Positions 47,227 to 57,876 of a DNA stretch of 58,051 bases are shown piece after piece; within the stretch, counting starts at the first letter, position 1; each line of letters starts with the position of its first letter. The position numbers were made by a program, and so were the translations under genes. Source of the stretch: Anaerolineales bacterium (GTDB taxonomy: Bacteria; Chloroflexota; Anaerolineae; Anaerolineales; Villigracilaceae); NCBI GenBank assembly GCA_035466615.1, contig DATIUT010000018.1, positions 1-58,051 on the forward strand, read 5' to 3'. Below the pieces are notes generated by a model. It did not search any database. It was not told where the DNA came from and saw only the letters and a list, made by a program, of their open reading frames with translations.

Positions 47227-48462
47227 ATGACAGACTTAAAACGCGTTGCAGTAAAAATTACCGCGATTCTTTTTATTGCGCAGAGCCTTGCATCTGCGGG
47301 CTTTATCGCCGCGGCGGCGATCAACCCAATCCTTGGTGCGAAACTGGCATCGAATCGTTCGCTGGCGACTCTGCCGACGGCGGTGTATTTATTGAGCGGC
47401 GCGCTTTCGGCCTCCGCCTGGGGCTATCTCATGGATCGTATTGGGCGCCGCAATGGAATTACTTCAGGGCTTTTGGTCGGTGTGCTGGGCAATGTCCTTG
47501 TGCTGGTTGCGATCCAAAACTCCTCATTTGCACTGGTACTGGCTGGTTTGATGATGATGGGCATGACCAACAGCGCGGTACTGCTGGGGCGGTTTGCCGC
47601 GGCAGAGGTGAACCCGCCCGACCAGAGAGGACGCGCGATCTCGCTGGTCGTTTTGGGCGGTGTGGTCGGAACGATCCTTGCGCGTGTATCGGCTGTGCCC
47701 ATGAGCGGTTTTGTTGTGCGCATTGGCATGGACGAACTGGCGGGCGCGTATTTCACCACGCTCGTGCTGTTTGCGATCGCTTCCGTTTGTGTGTTTTTGG
47801 GCCTGCGCCCCGACCCGCGTGATGTGGGGAGGGAGGTGGCGAAACAGTATCCTGAATCGACCCCGCAGGGACAGACGAGACCGATCTTGCAAATCCTTCG
47901 ACAGCCGGCGGCAATCACCGCTGTGACCGCGATGGCACTCGGACAGGTCGTAATGGTCGCCATCATGGTGATCACATCCCTGCACATGGAGGATCATCAC
48001 CATGCGCGGAGCAACATCTATTCGGTCATCTCGGCGCATACATTTGGCATGTATGCCCCTTCGATCATTTCAGGCTGGTTGTTGGATCGTTGGGGACGGG
48101 GCAGGATGATCCTGATCGGTTCCTCGATCTTGTTGCTGGCATGTATCGCGGCTCCACTTTCGCCCGATGTGTTGCCTCTCGGCATCGCGCTTTTCCTGCT
48201 CGGCGTGGGATGGAATTTTTGTTTTGTGGGCGGCTCCACCCTGCTTGCCGACCAACTCTCCCCACTGGAGCGTTCGCGCACGCAAGGGACGAATGACCTG
48301 CTCGTGGGGCTTGCCTCCGCGGCCATCAGCCTGTCCAGCGGGTTTATCTTCGATGCAACCGGTTATACGATGATGGCGGTTATTGCAGGTGTGTTGTCGC
48401 TTGTGCCGCTTTTCATGTCCTTGTCGTTTTTGAGGAAAACGAGCATACCTGTTGCCGCTTAA
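47227..48462 (+). CDS. MFS transporter
   Basis: MDRIGRR and LDRWGR motif A; about 12 TM; TATAAT at 47198 and GAGGA RBS. Confidence 0.93.
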   Translation: MTDLKRVAVKITAILFIAQSLASAGFIAAAAINPILGAKLASNRSLATLPTAVYLLSGALSASAWGYLMDRIGRRNGITSGLLVGVLGNVLVLVAIQNSSFALVLAGLMMMGMTNSAVLLGRFAAAEVNPPDQRGRAISLVVLGGVVGTILARVSAVPMSGFVVRIGMDELAGAYFTTLVLFAIASVCVFLGLRPDPRDVGREVAKQYPESTPQGQTRPILQILRQPAAITAVTAMALGQVVMVAIMVITSLHMEDHHHARSNIYSVISAHTFGMYAPSIISGWLLDRWGRGRMILIGSSILLLACIAAPLSPDVLPLGIALFLLGVGWNFCFVGGSTLLADQLSPLERSRTQGTNDLLVGLASAAISLSSGFIFDATGYTMMAVIAGVLSLVPLFMSLSFLRKTSIPVAA

Positions 48463-48465
48463 CCG

Positions 48466-48504
48466 AAAACATCCCGCAGGGTTTAAATCCTGCGGGATGT
48501 TTTT
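48466..48504. terminator. Bidirectional intrinsic terminator
   Basis: AAAACATCCCGCAGG-8nt-CCTGCGGGATGTTTT between convergent genes. Confidence 0.88.
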
Positions 48505-48514
48505 CTAAATCGGG

Positions 48515-48838
48515 TTATTTTCTGATCATCGTCAACAACATTTTGAAACGGGTCAACGCTTTGACGGCATGCGGTTCGTCGGCGGGCATGATGATCGCAT
48601 CGCCGGTCTTTAAGCGATATGCCTTGCCGGAAATTCTGACCTCAGTTTCCCCATCCAGCACATGCACAAGCGCATCGAACGGAGCTGTGTGTTCACTTAG
48701 CTCCTGTTCCTTATCGAAGGCGAAGAGCGTCACATTGCCCGCCTCCGCCTTGGTGATCTGGCGGCTGACCACGGAACCATCGTTGTAGGCGACAAGATCA
48801 GCCATGTGCAGGATTTCTGATTTGTTTGCAGTTGACAT
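48515..48838 (-). CDS. Cupin-domain protein
   Basis: VTLFAFDKEQELSEHTAPFDA, IIMPADEPHAV; TAATG-coupled to the upstream protease. Confidence 0.9.
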   Translation of the reverse strand: MSTANKSEILHMADLVAYNDGSVVSRQITKAEAGNVTLFAFDKEQELSEHTAPFDALVHVLDGETEVRISGKAYRLKTGDAIIMPADEPHAVKALTRFKMLLTMIRK

Positions 48839-50850
48839 TACTTCACCTCAACTTGATATGCGGCGGGAATGGTTGTGAAGCGCGTCGTGCCGGCAACGAT
48901 CAGGATTGCTTCTTCGCCTGCTTTCAGGGAAAAGGGGATCTCGGCCGTCTGATCGGGGTTGAGTTCGATGTTTGTGACTGTGGTGGCATTGCCCTTGAGA
49001 ATGAGACTCAAGCGATAGGTCTGCGGGAGCATGTTATCGATGCGCGCGAAGCCTTTTGCCTCCCAGCCGCCATCATCCGCTTCAAAATCGGACTGATATC
49101 CGATCGCGTCGATCCGGATATCATCCAGCAACAAGCCATTCCCGTTGACCGCCGCGTCGGTGACATATTCAAAGCGGATTTGCACCTTCTGCCCGGCGAA
49201 CTTCGAAAGATCGACGGTTTCCTGAATCCAATCTCCAGTTGCGCCGGTGTAGCCCCAGCCATAGGAATTGCCAGATGGGTTGTAATCTGTGCCGGAGGGT
49301 GTCTTGAGAATCTCCCAAATCTTTCCGTCAGTTGACGCTTCAAGATAGAGATAGTCCCAATCCTCTTCAATGTCGTACCACGTTGAGTAACTAATCTCAA
49401 GAGGGGCGTTCATTCCTGTGAAGTCGAACTCGCGCGTCAGGGTCATATCCGACTCGTCGCCCTTGTTCGACCAGAAGGCAAACCTGCCGGAATGGATGTC
49501 GGTGGGTAAAAGCCCGATGGCGGTGGATCCGCTGAAGGTCATGATGTGATCGCCGGCGCAGGATATGTTGATGTAATCCATGCCGTATTGATTGACCGAA
49601 AAACCCAGCGGCGATTGAGGGCATGTTGTAATCGTATCTGTGGCAGAGGTACGCGGCGCGTCGGGATAGTTGTTGTAGGTATAGCGTCCATCGCCCACAT
49701 TTTTATCCTTGAGATAGAGCGCCGTCGCCCAATCCATGAAGACATCATCGGCGGTGACGACCTCACTGTTGAGCGGGTCGGTAATGCCGAGTTTTGCAAG
49801 GGTATCATCCACACTGGAGATGGAGTTTTCGGGGTTTTTGGTCAGAGCCTGTGTGGCTTCTTCGCCAAAACGGTCAAGGAAGTAGGTAAAGAAAAGGAAG
49901 GATTGACCGTAGTGCGGCCCGTTATCGCTGGTGCTGTCACCCCAGGCTGTCAGTTGCAGGTCCGGCTCTGTGGCATAGTACCAGTCCTTGCCGCCCACAT
50001 CATAGCCGTTGAGTAAAACGCCCACCTCGGCAAAGCCTTCGCTCAGCCAGGACACGTCATTACGGTCAGAGGCGAACTGGATCATGTGCACAAATTCATG
50101 CGCCAGGACGCCGTAGGTGTATTCATCCGCCAGGCCTTCCGTGGTGCTGAGCATGTAGGTCTCGTGGGCGTTGGAATATTCCTTGACCAGCGGATTGAAC
50201 GAATCAGACGAATTGAAATACCCCGCAACGCTGCTGCCAAGCCCACCGGCGTAGATTACATAGATGTGCGGATCGCCGTCGATACCGGGGTTGAATTCCT
50301 CACCGAAGAACTCGCGGTTGGTGGGATAGATCTCGTTCTCAAAGGTATCCATCAACCTTTTCATGTCATCCTGATCCACTTTTGCGCCATCCTCCGCCCA
50401 GAAATAGGAATGAGGCGTGATATAGAGCAATGTGGCTGTGATCTGGTGATGTTCCGCCGTGTCGTTGTTACTGACCCAGAATTGCTCCTTGTCACCGACT
50501 TTGTAGGTCTTGCCCGGCACAGTTCTGGGGACATTACAAACGCCCTTTAAGCGGCACCCAAGTTCATACGGATCATTCTCCGGGACGAGGGTCTGGTTCA
50601 ATGTATCGAGTGTGCCCGAAGAAATGGATTCGACCGGGGTCTGGTTTAAAGTGGGGACGGGCGCCGGAGTCGAAAATTCGATGGTGGGGTCATAAGTTGG
50701 GAAATCATCAATGGAGACCTGCTGGTAGGCCTGGTAAATGATGACTCCTGCCGCAACAATGACAACGCACGCGCAACACAGCAGGACGGCCACGACCCCG
50801 ACGACGACTTTTGGAACGATGGATGAGGATTGATTGGGATTCGATTCCAT
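48838..50850 (-). CDS. Membrane-anchored zinc metalloprotease (M6 immune-inhibitor-A-like)
   Basis: N-terminal TM; LAHEFVHMIQ (HExxH) and WLSEGFAE; C-terminal WYDIEEDWDY...FEYVTD...LDDI domain. Confidence 0.85.
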   Translation of the reverse strand: MESNPNQSSSIVPKVVVGVVAVLLCCACVVIVAAGVIIYQAYQQVSIDDFPTYDPTIEFSTPAPVPTLNQTPVESISSGTLDTLNQTLVPENDPYELGCRLKGVCNVPRTVPGKTYKVGDKEQFWVSNNDTAEHHQITATLLYITPHSYFWAEDGAKVDQDDMKRLMDTFENEIYPTNREFFGEEFNPGIDGDPHIYVIYAGGLGSSVAGYFNSSDSFNPLVKEYSNAHETYMLSTTEGLADEYTYGVLAHEFVHMIQFASDRNDVSWLSEGFAEVGVLLNGYDVGGKDWYYATEPDLQLTAWGDSTSDNGPHYGQSFLFFTYFLDRFGEEATQALTKNPENSISSVDDTLAKLGITDPLNSEVVTADDVFMDWATALYLKDKNVGDGRYTYNNYPDAPRTSATDTITTCPQSPLGFSVNQYGMDYINISCAGDHIMTFSGSTAIGLLPTDIHSGRFAFWSNKGDESDMTLTREFDFTGMNAPLEISYSTWYDIEEDWDYLYLEASTDGKIWEILKTPSGTDYNPSGNSYGWGYTGATGDWIQETVDLSKFAGQKVQIRFEYVTDAAVNGNGLLLDDIRIDAIGYQSDFEADDGGWEAKGFARIDNMLPQTYRLSLILKGNATTVTNIELNPDQTAEIPFSLKAGEEAILIVAGTTRFTTIPAAYQVEVK

Positions 50851-50918
50851 GGTTGGGGAAAATCTCCTTTGCAATAATTCCGCCTATGATACCTTGACTT
50901 CATAAAAGTGGGTTAGGG

Positions 50919-50952
50919 AAAAAGTAAGGGCAGGTCCCGGGCCTGCCCTTAC
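50919..50952 (-). terminator. Intrinsic terminator after clpC
   Basis: GTAAGGGCAGG-7nt-CCTGCCCTTAC followed by T tract on the minus strand. Confidence 0.8.
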
Positions 50953-50957
50953 AGAGG

Positions 50958-53435
50958 TTACGCGTCTGCGTGCTGTTTGCTTTTCTTCTTCTTCACAGGT
51001 TCGGATGCCTGGAAGATAATCTTGTTCTTTTCTTCGTCCACATCAACCTGGACAGTGGCGCCATCCTTAAACTTGCCGCCGAGCAGTTCCATTGAAAGCG
51101 GACTTTCCACATTCTTTTGGATCGCCCTTCGCAATGGTCGTGCGCCGAATGCAGGGTCATAGCCTTCCTTCGCGAGCCACTTGCGCGCGGCATCGGTCAA
51201 CTCGACAGTGATGTCGTGTTCGTTCAAACGGTCCTGCACTTCCTTCATCTGCAACACAACGATCTCTTCCATTTGTTCCAGGGAAAGCGGCGAGAACATG
51301 ATGATCTCATCGATGCGGTTCAGAAACTCGGGGCGGAACGCGCCCTTCAAGGCTTTTTCGATCTTGTCGTGCGACTCACGTTCTTCGTCCGTGGCTTTTG
51401 ATTGAACAAAGCCCAAAGCGCCGCCTTTTCTCACATATTCGGTGCCCAGGTTCGAGGTCATGATGAGAACCGTATTGCGGAAGTCCACGATATTGCCCTG
51501 CCCATCTGTCAGACGCCCATCGTCAAGGATTTGCAACAACGCGTTCCAGACTTCGGGGTGCGCCTTTTCGATCTCGTCGAACAGGACGACCCGGTACGGA
51601 CGTCTGCGGACTGCCTCCGTCAACTGACCGCCCTCCTCATAGCCGACATATCCCGGAGGGGCGCCGAAGAGGCGGCTTACGGTGTGCTGTTCGCGATACT
51701 CGGACATGTCAATGCGTACGAGCGCGTCCTCGTCATCGAACATGAACCAGGCGAGGGCTTTTGCCAGTTCGGTCTTGCCAACCCCGGATGGGCCGATAAA
51801 GATGAACGAACCAATCGGGCGGGACGGATCTGACAGCCCTGAACGCGAGCGGCGGATCGCATCCGATATGGCATGAATGGCCTCCTCCTGGCCGATGATG
51901 CGTTCATGCAAGCGCGATTCCATGTGCAGGAGTTTTTCCGATTCGGTCTCCATCATCTGTGTGACCGGGATGCCAGTCCATTGATGCACGACCGAGGCGA
52001 TATCGTCCACATCCACTACTTCGTCGAGCTGGTGTTCGGATTCCCATTTGTCGCGCTTCTCGTGATATTCATCTTCCAGGCGCAGGCGTTCGGATTTTTT
52101 CTGCGCGGCGCGCTCGTAATCGCGGTTGTTGCTAGCCTGTTCCTCTTCGGCATGCAATTTTTCGATCTCGGTCTTCATTGCTTTGAGATCGGGCGGCATG
52201 GAATAGAGTGCCACACGCAGTTTTGCGGCGGCTTCGTCCATCAGGTCAATGGCTTTGTCGGGGAGGCGGCGGTCTGTGACGTAACGATCCGCAAGGCGGG
52301 CTGCGGCCACCAGTGCATCATCCGCATAGCGGACCTTGTGATGCGCTTCGTAGCGGTCGCGCAACCCTTGTAACATTTTTATGGTATCGTCAACGTTCGG
52401 TTCCTCCACATAGATGGGAGCGAAACGCCTTTCGAGCGCGGCGTCTTTTTCGATGTGTTTATGGAATTCATCCAGCGTGGTTGCGCCGATGCATTGCAGT
52501 TCACCGCGCGCCAGTGCAGGCTTGAGCATGTTGCTCGCATCCATCGCGCCTTGGGCGGCTCCTGCTCCGACAACGGTGTGCAATTCATCGATCATCAGGA
52601 TGATATCGCCTTGAGAGCGCTGGACTTCCTCCATCACGGCTTTGAGACGTTCTTCGAACTCGCCGCGGAAGCGTGAGCCGGCGATCATCGAGCCGAGATC
52701 GAGTGCAACAACGCGCTTGCCTGAAAGGATCTCAGGGACATCGTTGTTGGCGATCTTCTGTGCAAGCCCTTCCGCGATGGCGGTCTTGCCGACACCCGCC
52801 TCACCGATGAGGACAGGGTTATTCTTGGTGCGGCGTGAAAGGATCTGGATGAGGCGCAAAATCTCGGTGTCGCGCCCGATGACAGGGTCGAGTTTGCCCT
52901 CGCGCGCCAGTTGGGTCAGATCGCGGGAGTATTTCTCAAGCGTCCGATAGCGGGATTCAGCCTGGGGGTCCGTGACGCGTTGCCCGCCCCTCAAGTCTTG
53001 AATGGCTGAGTGAACGCGGTCACGCGTCAGACCGGCCGACTCTAAAATACGCGCGGCGGGCGTATTCCGTTCGGTGAGTATGGCGAGGAAAATGTGCTCG
53101 GTGGAGATGTATTCGTCTTTGAGACGGTTGGCTTCCTCGTTGGCGAGGTCAATGATCCGCTTGACGCGCGGCGTGATGAAGATCTGTCCTGCGCCGCCGC
53201 CGAAGATGTTGGCTTTGGGGCTGGCACGCAGGGTCGCGTCGAGGCGTTCTGTCAGCGCTTCGGAGCTGACACTCAGTTTTTCGAGGATCTGGGGAATCAC
53301 CCCGCCGGGCTGTTCGATGAGAGCCAGTAGAATATGTTCGGTATCGATCTGGTTATGACCGTAGCGCTGGATGATCTCTGCGGCGCGCTGGGCGGCCTCC
53401 TGTGCTCTCTCTGTAAATCGGTCAAATCGCATCAT
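50958..53435 (-). CDS. clpC: ATP-dependent Clp protease ATPase subunit ClpC
   Basis: Double Clp-N domain, GEAGVGKT and GPSGVGKT Walker A motifs, short UVR-like middle domain, LGF ClpP-binding loop. Confidence 0.93.
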   Translation of the reverse strand: MMRFDRFTERAQEAAQRAAEIIQRYGHNQIDTEHILLALIEQPGGVIPQILEKLSVSSEALTERLDATLRASPKANIFGGGAGQIFITPRVKRIIDLANEEANRLKDEYISTEHIFLAILTERNTPAARILESAGLTRDRVHSAIQDLRGGQRVTDPQAESRYRTLEKYSRDLTQLAREGKLDPVIGRDTEILRLIQILSRRTKNNPVLIGEAGVGKTAIAEGLAQKIANNDVPEILSGKRVVALDLGSMIAGSRFRGEFEERLKAVMEEVQRSQGDIILMIDELHTVVGAGAAQGAMDASNMLKPALARGELQCIGATTLDEFHKHIEKDAALERRFAPIYVEEPNVDDTIKMLQGLRDRYEAHHKVRYADDALVAAARLADRYVTDRRLPDKAIDLMDEAAAKLRVALYSMPPDLKAMKTEIEKLHAEEEQASNNRDYERAAQKKSERLRLEDEYHEKRDKWESEHQLDEVVDVDDIASVVHQWTGIPVTQMMETESEKLLHMESRLHERIIGQEEAIHAISDAIRRSRSGLSDPSRPIGSFIFIGPSGVGKTELAKALAWFMFDDEDALVRIDMSEYREQHTVSRLFGAPPGYVGYEEGGQLTEAVRRRPYRVVLFDEIEKAHPEVWNALLQILDDGRLTDGQGNIVDFRNTVLIMTSNLGTEYVRKGGALGFVQSKATDEERESHDKIEKALKGAFRPEFLNRIDEIIMFSPLSLEQMEEIVVLQMKEVQDRLNEHDITVELTDAARKWLAKEGYDPAFGARPLRRAIQKNVESPLSMELLGGKFKDGATVQVDVDEEKNKIIFQASEPVKKKKSKQHADA

Positions 53436-53461
53436 GGGAAATGTTCCTTTTCTAACGAAGG

Positions 53462-53491
53462 GACCCTAAAGGTCTCAAAGACCTTAGGGTC
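53462..53491. repeat. Palindromic repeat family B, copy 2, in the clpC leader
   Basis: GACCCTAAAGGTCT-CAA-AGACCTTAGGGTC. Confidence 0.65.
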
Positions 53492-53507
53492 TACTGTGAC
53501 AAAGGCG

Positions 53508-53516
53508 ATTATAACA
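53508..53516 (-). promoter_or_regulatory. Extended -10 promoter for clpC
   Basis: Minus strand TGTTATAAT. Confidence 0.6.
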
Positions 53517-53668
53517 AAACCGCACTGATGGTTTGTCAACACGGTGTAAGAGGAGTGTTAGAAGGATCTGGTAAAAGCGCATTGGGATTGTGCAAAATTG
53601 CCCGGCTGGTCAGATTTTGGCATAGCAAAGTGCGCTTCGAAAAACAACTGACGCAATCATCTCCTGTC

Positions 53669-55315
53669 CTACGGTAGAAAGAAGGAAGACAGATATGCTA
53701 CATGCATACTTCCATCCGGTGAAGGGGAAACAAATGTCCCAAAGCTGACATTCCCATATAGATCCTGATAAGGAGAGCCATCCGGGGCGGTGAAATTCAC
53801 CATGAAGAGATAATCCCCTTCGGGCTGTTTTGCGCTGTACGTGATCTCGTATTTCAGCGCACATGGCTGATGGGACTGTGCACAAAGCGCCTCCAGCGTT
53901 TCTTGAAGGTCTGTGGGATCAAAACCAGCCGCCTGCAGGGCAGACTGCTCTTCTTCAATCGGTTGATACCATCCTGCGGCCGTCGCATAATCGCCCGCCG
54001 CCAGCCCATCCAGCATGGAGGTCAGCGCGGTGCGAGCCGCCAGCATTTTTTCATCTGGCAGGCTCCAGCGAGCCAGTCCAAATTCGCCGCCCAAAAGAAA
54101 CGTTTCGCCGTTTCGATCGAACATGATCCGCCCGGACATTGTGTCGCCGGGGATGGTGCCAAGCCATTGGCGTGCGCCCACATCCCAAACGGAAAAAAGC
54201 ACATTACTTTGTATATCGGTGTTGTAACCAAATCCACTTGCCAATAATAATTGACCATGCGGAGAGAGCGCCAGTCCATCAAGATAAGAAAAGGTTTCGT
54301 CTAGTACGGCCGCCTGCATGCCGGTCTCAACGTCCCAGAGGAGGATGTCTGGATTCTCCATCGTGTATGCGGTGACAATCCAACGCCCGTCTGCTGAAAA
54401 ATCCACAGTAGCTGTCTGGATTACGCCATCCGCAAGGGTAATGGTGCTGACGACCTGCCAGGTTGCCGTATCGTAAACGGTAATTGCCTTTCCATCCTTG
54501 GCAGAAAAGACTGCGATCCGGGATCCATCTGCAGAGTATTTCGGAAACACTGAGCCCTCGCGCACGGCTGGCAGTTGAGTGATGGTCTCCCCGCTGGACA
54601 GGTCGAAGATGAGCAGACGCGTATCGCTGACCAATGCCACCTGACCGCCATCCGGGCTTACAGTCAGTTTCGGGTACGAAGGACACCCCTTTTCCTGCCA
54701 GAGGACTTGTTCCACCGCCTGGTCTGTCAGATTCCACACGGCGGCTTTTAACGGGCAGACAACATAGACCAGCCGGGAGTTATCCGGGGTAAAAGACAGC
54801 CCATAGATCGTCCCATTATTTTCGGGTACCTTGCTGACGATCTCCGAGGTGGACGCATCCAGAACATACAGGAACGACTTACTTGCCCTCAAGTCGCTCT
54901 GGCAGGGACCACTCCAATTTTCGGTACAACCGCCGATGGCCAGATATTTCCCATCCGGACTGTACGTCCAACTGTCCCTGCTCATCTGAAACGGATCGGC
55001 GCCAAAATCTTCAGCAACGGCATTTTCGACCACACCATAGTATGCCTGCACTTGCGATATCTGTTTGAAGTTCCCGGCGTTGATGACGGCTGTAGCAGGA
55101 GGCTCGCTGACTGCGGGAGTCGCTGATGGTTCCACAGGCGCTGTGGCAGGTGAAAGCTCAACAGATATTGTTGTGGGTGAAGTCTCAACGAATTGTTGAG
55201 TCGGGGGTTCAGTGGCCGTACTGACCGCTTCAGGACTCGGGGGCACGGGGGCAGGTGAGCTGCAAGCCTGCAAAATAACAGCTAATACAATAAGATACCA
55301 GGGCAATTTATTCAT
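53669..55315 (-). CDS. WD40/beta-propeller lipoprotein
   Basis: Lipobox LQAC, Pro/Thr linker, repeated SPDG/SADG..WD blades; AAGGAG RBS. Confidence 0.88.
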   Translation of the reverse strand: MNKLPWYLIVLAVILQACSSPAPVPPSPEAVSTATEPPTQQFVETSPTTISVELSPATAPVEPSATPAVSEPPATAVINAGNFKQISQVQAYYGVVENAVAEDFGADPFQMSRDSWTYSPDGKYLAIGGCTENWSGPCQSDLRASKSFLYVLDASTSEIVSKVPENNGTIYGLSFTPDNSRLVYVVCPLKAAVWNLTDQAVEQVLWQEKGCPSYPKLTVSPDGGQVALVSDTRLLIFDLSSGETITQLPAVREGSVFPKYSADGSRIAVFSAKDGKAITVYDTATWQVVSTITLADGVIQTATVDFSADGRWIVTAYTMENPDILLWDVETGMQAAVLDETFSYLDGLALSPHGQLLLASGFGYNTDIQSNVLFSVWDVGARQWLGTIPGDTMSGRIMFDRNGETFLLGGEFGLARWSLPDEKMLAARTALTSMLDGLAAGDYATAAGWYQPIEEEQSALQAAGFDPTDLQETLEALCAQSHQPCALKYEITYSAKQPEGDYLFMVNFTAPDGSPYQDLYGNVSFGTFVSPSPDGSMHVAYLSSFFLP

Positions 55316-55339
55316 GAGCCTCTCCTTTTTATGTTTTTT

Positions 55340-55765
55340 CTAAAGTTGTTTCAATAGATAGTAACGTTGATGCCCGGGAGGAAAATCCTTTAGTTCGCCG
55401 AAAACTTGATACCCATGTTTTTTATAGAAGTCCGGGGCCTGGAAACTGAATGTGTCCAGAAAAACATTCTTTGCGCCGCACTGGCGGGCCTCGTTTTCAG
55501 CGGCCATCAAAAGGCGATGCCCATAACCATGCCCGCGGAGCTCATCTTTTACCCACAACAAGTCTAAATGAAACCAATCCCAATATATTTCGCCAAGTAT
55601 ACCGCCTGCAATTTCCCGATCAGATACATAGAGAGCAAAACACAAGCGTTGAAAATGATCCTCGCCTGCCTGTTGTTTGTTGTAATTGGAAATGCCCCGT
55701 CCAATGATCCCCCACGCAGATTCCTCAGGCTTATCAACCCGGACAATATTATATTCCTCGCTCAT
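55340..55765 (-). CDS. GNAT acetyltransferase
   Basis: LLWVKDELRGHGYG, LDTFSFQAPDFYKKHGY. Confidence 0.93.
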   Translation of the reverse strand: MSEEYNIVRVDKPEESAWGIIGRGISNYNKQQAGEDHFQRLCFALYVSDREIAGGILGEIYWDWFHLDLLWVKDELRGHGYGHRLLMAAENEARQCGAKNVFLDTFSFQAPDFYKKHGYQVFGELKDFPPGHQRYYLLKQL

Positions 55766-55792
55766 TACCTTATTCCTTTCCTTCGATTTACG

Positions 55793-56176
55793 TTATCCCT
55801 TGACATAGGACAGCTTTTCGCAAATGAAACCTTCCTTTACCTGGAATATATCCGCGCCTCGGACATGTCCCTTTTTGCCTGCCGCATCCACCCATTCATA
55901 TCTCCAACGCATGATGCATCGAAGTCCCAAGCCAAAAATTTCTTCGATCTCGATGTGAGCCTCCGGTGACTCGCGGAAGAAATCCTGCCAGAACTGGGTG
56001 ACTGCTTTCCTCCCCGAGTAGACAGTGCCGTCGGGGGCTGGAGCAGTGTTTTCGAAGACACAATCGTCGCTCATCAGCCGCATCATTCCCGTGACATCGC
56101 GACGGTTGAAGGCCTCATTGAATTCAAGGACGATACGTGTCGCCAATTCTATCTTTGACATGCGGATTGGGCTCAT
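55793..56176 (-). CDS. SnoaL/NTF2-like protein
   Basis: FNEAFNRRD..MSDDCVFE, RGADIFQVKEG..EKLSYVKG. Confidence 0.88.
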   Translation of the reverse strand: MSPIRMSKIELATRIVLEFNEAFNRRDVTGMMRLMSDDCVFENTAPAPDGTVYSGRKAVTQFWQDFFRESPEAHIEIEEIFGLGLRCIMRWRYEWVDAAGKKGHVRGADIFQVKEGFICEKLSYVKG

Positions 56177-56342
56177 AGGATGATACCTCCTTCAGCAGAA
56201 AACTGATTGGCGGACCAATGGTTGGCGTTCCGGAGAAACCATATTTTTATTCTACACCATGCAATCAAAATGGATGGCATTCTCATGACAGGGGATGGCC
56301 TGAATGTGAATTCATAAACAAACGCGACTATAATTCCCAGCA

Positions 56343-57347
56343 ATGAGTTCCGTCACCATCCCTGTGAAAAAGAACGGGCCCCATCCGCATGTACGGTCCA
56401 TGAACATGTTCCGTGACCTGTCCGCGGTGGCGGATCTGATCGAGTTGTGCTTTGCAGACACAATGGACAACGACGGTCAGCGTTACATTGCCGATATGCG
56501 CCGCGCCAGCCGCGACGATGGTTTCCTCAACTGGGCATCGCACATGACGGAGACCGCCTCCCTGCCGCTGACGGGATTTGTCTGGGACGAGAACGGGCGC
56601 ATCGTCGGTAACGCCAGCCTCATCCCGTTCCGCGATAAAGGCAAACGCATCTATCTGATCGCGAACATCGCCGTGCATCCTGAACATCGTCGTCGCGGTA
56701 TTGCGCGCGTACTGACCCAGCGCGCCATGAAATACGGCTGGGATAAAAAAGCATCCGCCCTCTGGCTTCATGTCCGCGATGACAACCCGGGCGCGATCAA
56801 ACTCTATCAGGAGTTGGGGTTTCAAGAGATTGTCCGCCGCACCACCTGGATTGCAAAACCCGAACCACACCACCCCGGCCTGCAATCGGACATACAGATT
56901 GTACAGCGTCACGCACGTTTCTGGCCTTTGCAACAGGACTGGCTTCACCGTCTCCATCCCGACACCCTGGGCTGGTACCGTTCCTTCAACTTCGACTCCC
57001 TTCGGCCTGGACTCATGAACTGGCTCTATATGCTGTTCGTGGATATGAACATCAAACAATGGGCGACAGTACGTGGTGACAAATTGCTCGCCACATTGTC
57101 CTGGGTGCCAAACGCGGGCAGGTCAGAGTCGTTGATTGCCGCGGCAGGCGAAAAGTCCGGGCCTGAAGCGTTGACTCAACTCCTCATCCACGCGCGCCGC
57201 ACACTTTCCAATCAATCAAAATTATCGCTGGAACATCCTGCAGGCGAAATGACGGAAGCTTTCTTGGCGGCCGGGTTCACCGAACGCCGCACCTTGTTAT
57301 GGATGCGTGCTGAACCTGCAACTCAACGCAGTTCTGTTCGTACTTAA
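56343..57347 (+). CDS. GNAT acetyltransferase with extended C-terminus, leaderless
   Basis: IANIAVHPEHRRRGIA, NPGAIKLYQELGF; TATAAT 56329-34 lies 8 nt before ATG. Confidence 0.9.
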   Translation: MSSVTIPVKKNGPHPHVRSMNMFRDLSAVADLIELCFADTMDNDGQRYIADMRRASRDDGFLNWASHMTETASLPLTGFVWDENGRIVGNASLIPFRDKGKRIYLIANIAVHPEHRRRGIARVLTQRAMKYGWDKKASALWLHVRDDNPGAIKLYQELGFQEIVRRTTWIAKPEPHHPGLQSDIQIVQRHARFWPLQQDWLHRLHPDTLGWYRSFNFDSLRPGLMNWLYMLFVDMNIKQWATVRGDKLLATLSWVPNAGRSESLIAAAGEKSGPEALTQLLIHARRTLSNQSKLSLEHPAGEMTEAFLAAGFTERRTLLWMRAEPATQRSSVRT

Positions 57348-57377
57348 TGGTAGCAACAAATGTAAAGAGGAGAAAAA

Positions 57378-57758
57378 ATGACTAAATTCATTCTGCGTTT
57401 GCTTATTAATGCGATTGCGTTGTATCTGGCGGTATTGATCCTGCCGGGCATCGAATTATTGAGCGGGATGGCTTCGATCGTCTGGCTGGCGCTGATCTTT
57501 GGCGTTGTTAATGCGCTGTTCCGCCCCTTGCTCAAGTTCCTCACCTGCCCGTTGATCATCCTGACGCTTGGCTTGTTCACGCTCGTCATCAACACCTTCC
57601 TGTTCTGGCTGACGAGTATCATCGGTCAATCGTTTGACATTGCGCTGGTCATCAGCGATCCTGTCTGGTGGAATGCCTTTCTCGGCGGCCTGGTCGTCAG
57701 CATCGTGAGCGTTGTGATGACAATGATCCTGAAGGATGAATTGAAGGGCAGGAAGTAA
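57378..57758 (+). CDS. 4-TM phage-holin-family (YvlD-like) membrane protein
   Basis: FGVVNALFRPLLKFLTCPLIILTLGLFTLVIN signature. Confidence 0.9.
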   Translation: MTKFILRLLINAIALYLAVLILPGIELLSGMASIVWLALIFGVVNALFRPLLKFLTCPLIILTLGLFTLVINTFLFWLTSIIGQSFDIALVISDPVWWNAFLGGLVVSIVSVVMTMILKDELKGRK

Positions 57759-57789
57759 AGCATCCCCCGTTTTTATTTCTTGCATATGA

Positions 57790-57826
57790 AAAGCACCTCA
57801 TGTGGAAAAAACACATGAGGTGCTTT
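57790..57826. terminator. Bidirectional terminator
   Basis: AAAGCACCTCATGTG-7nt-CACATGAGGTGCTTT. Confidence 0.85.
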
Positions 57827-57876
57827 ACTATTTACCCGTCTTTACAGGGTCGGTCTTTGCTCATCACTTGTCAGAG

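Noticed and set aside
50958-53435. Calling the Clp ATPase ClpB
   Set aside because: Short middle domain and LGF loop indicate ClpC.
57378-57758. Holin-family gene as a prophage marker
   Set aside because: No phage genes nearby; this 4-TM family is commonly chromosomal.
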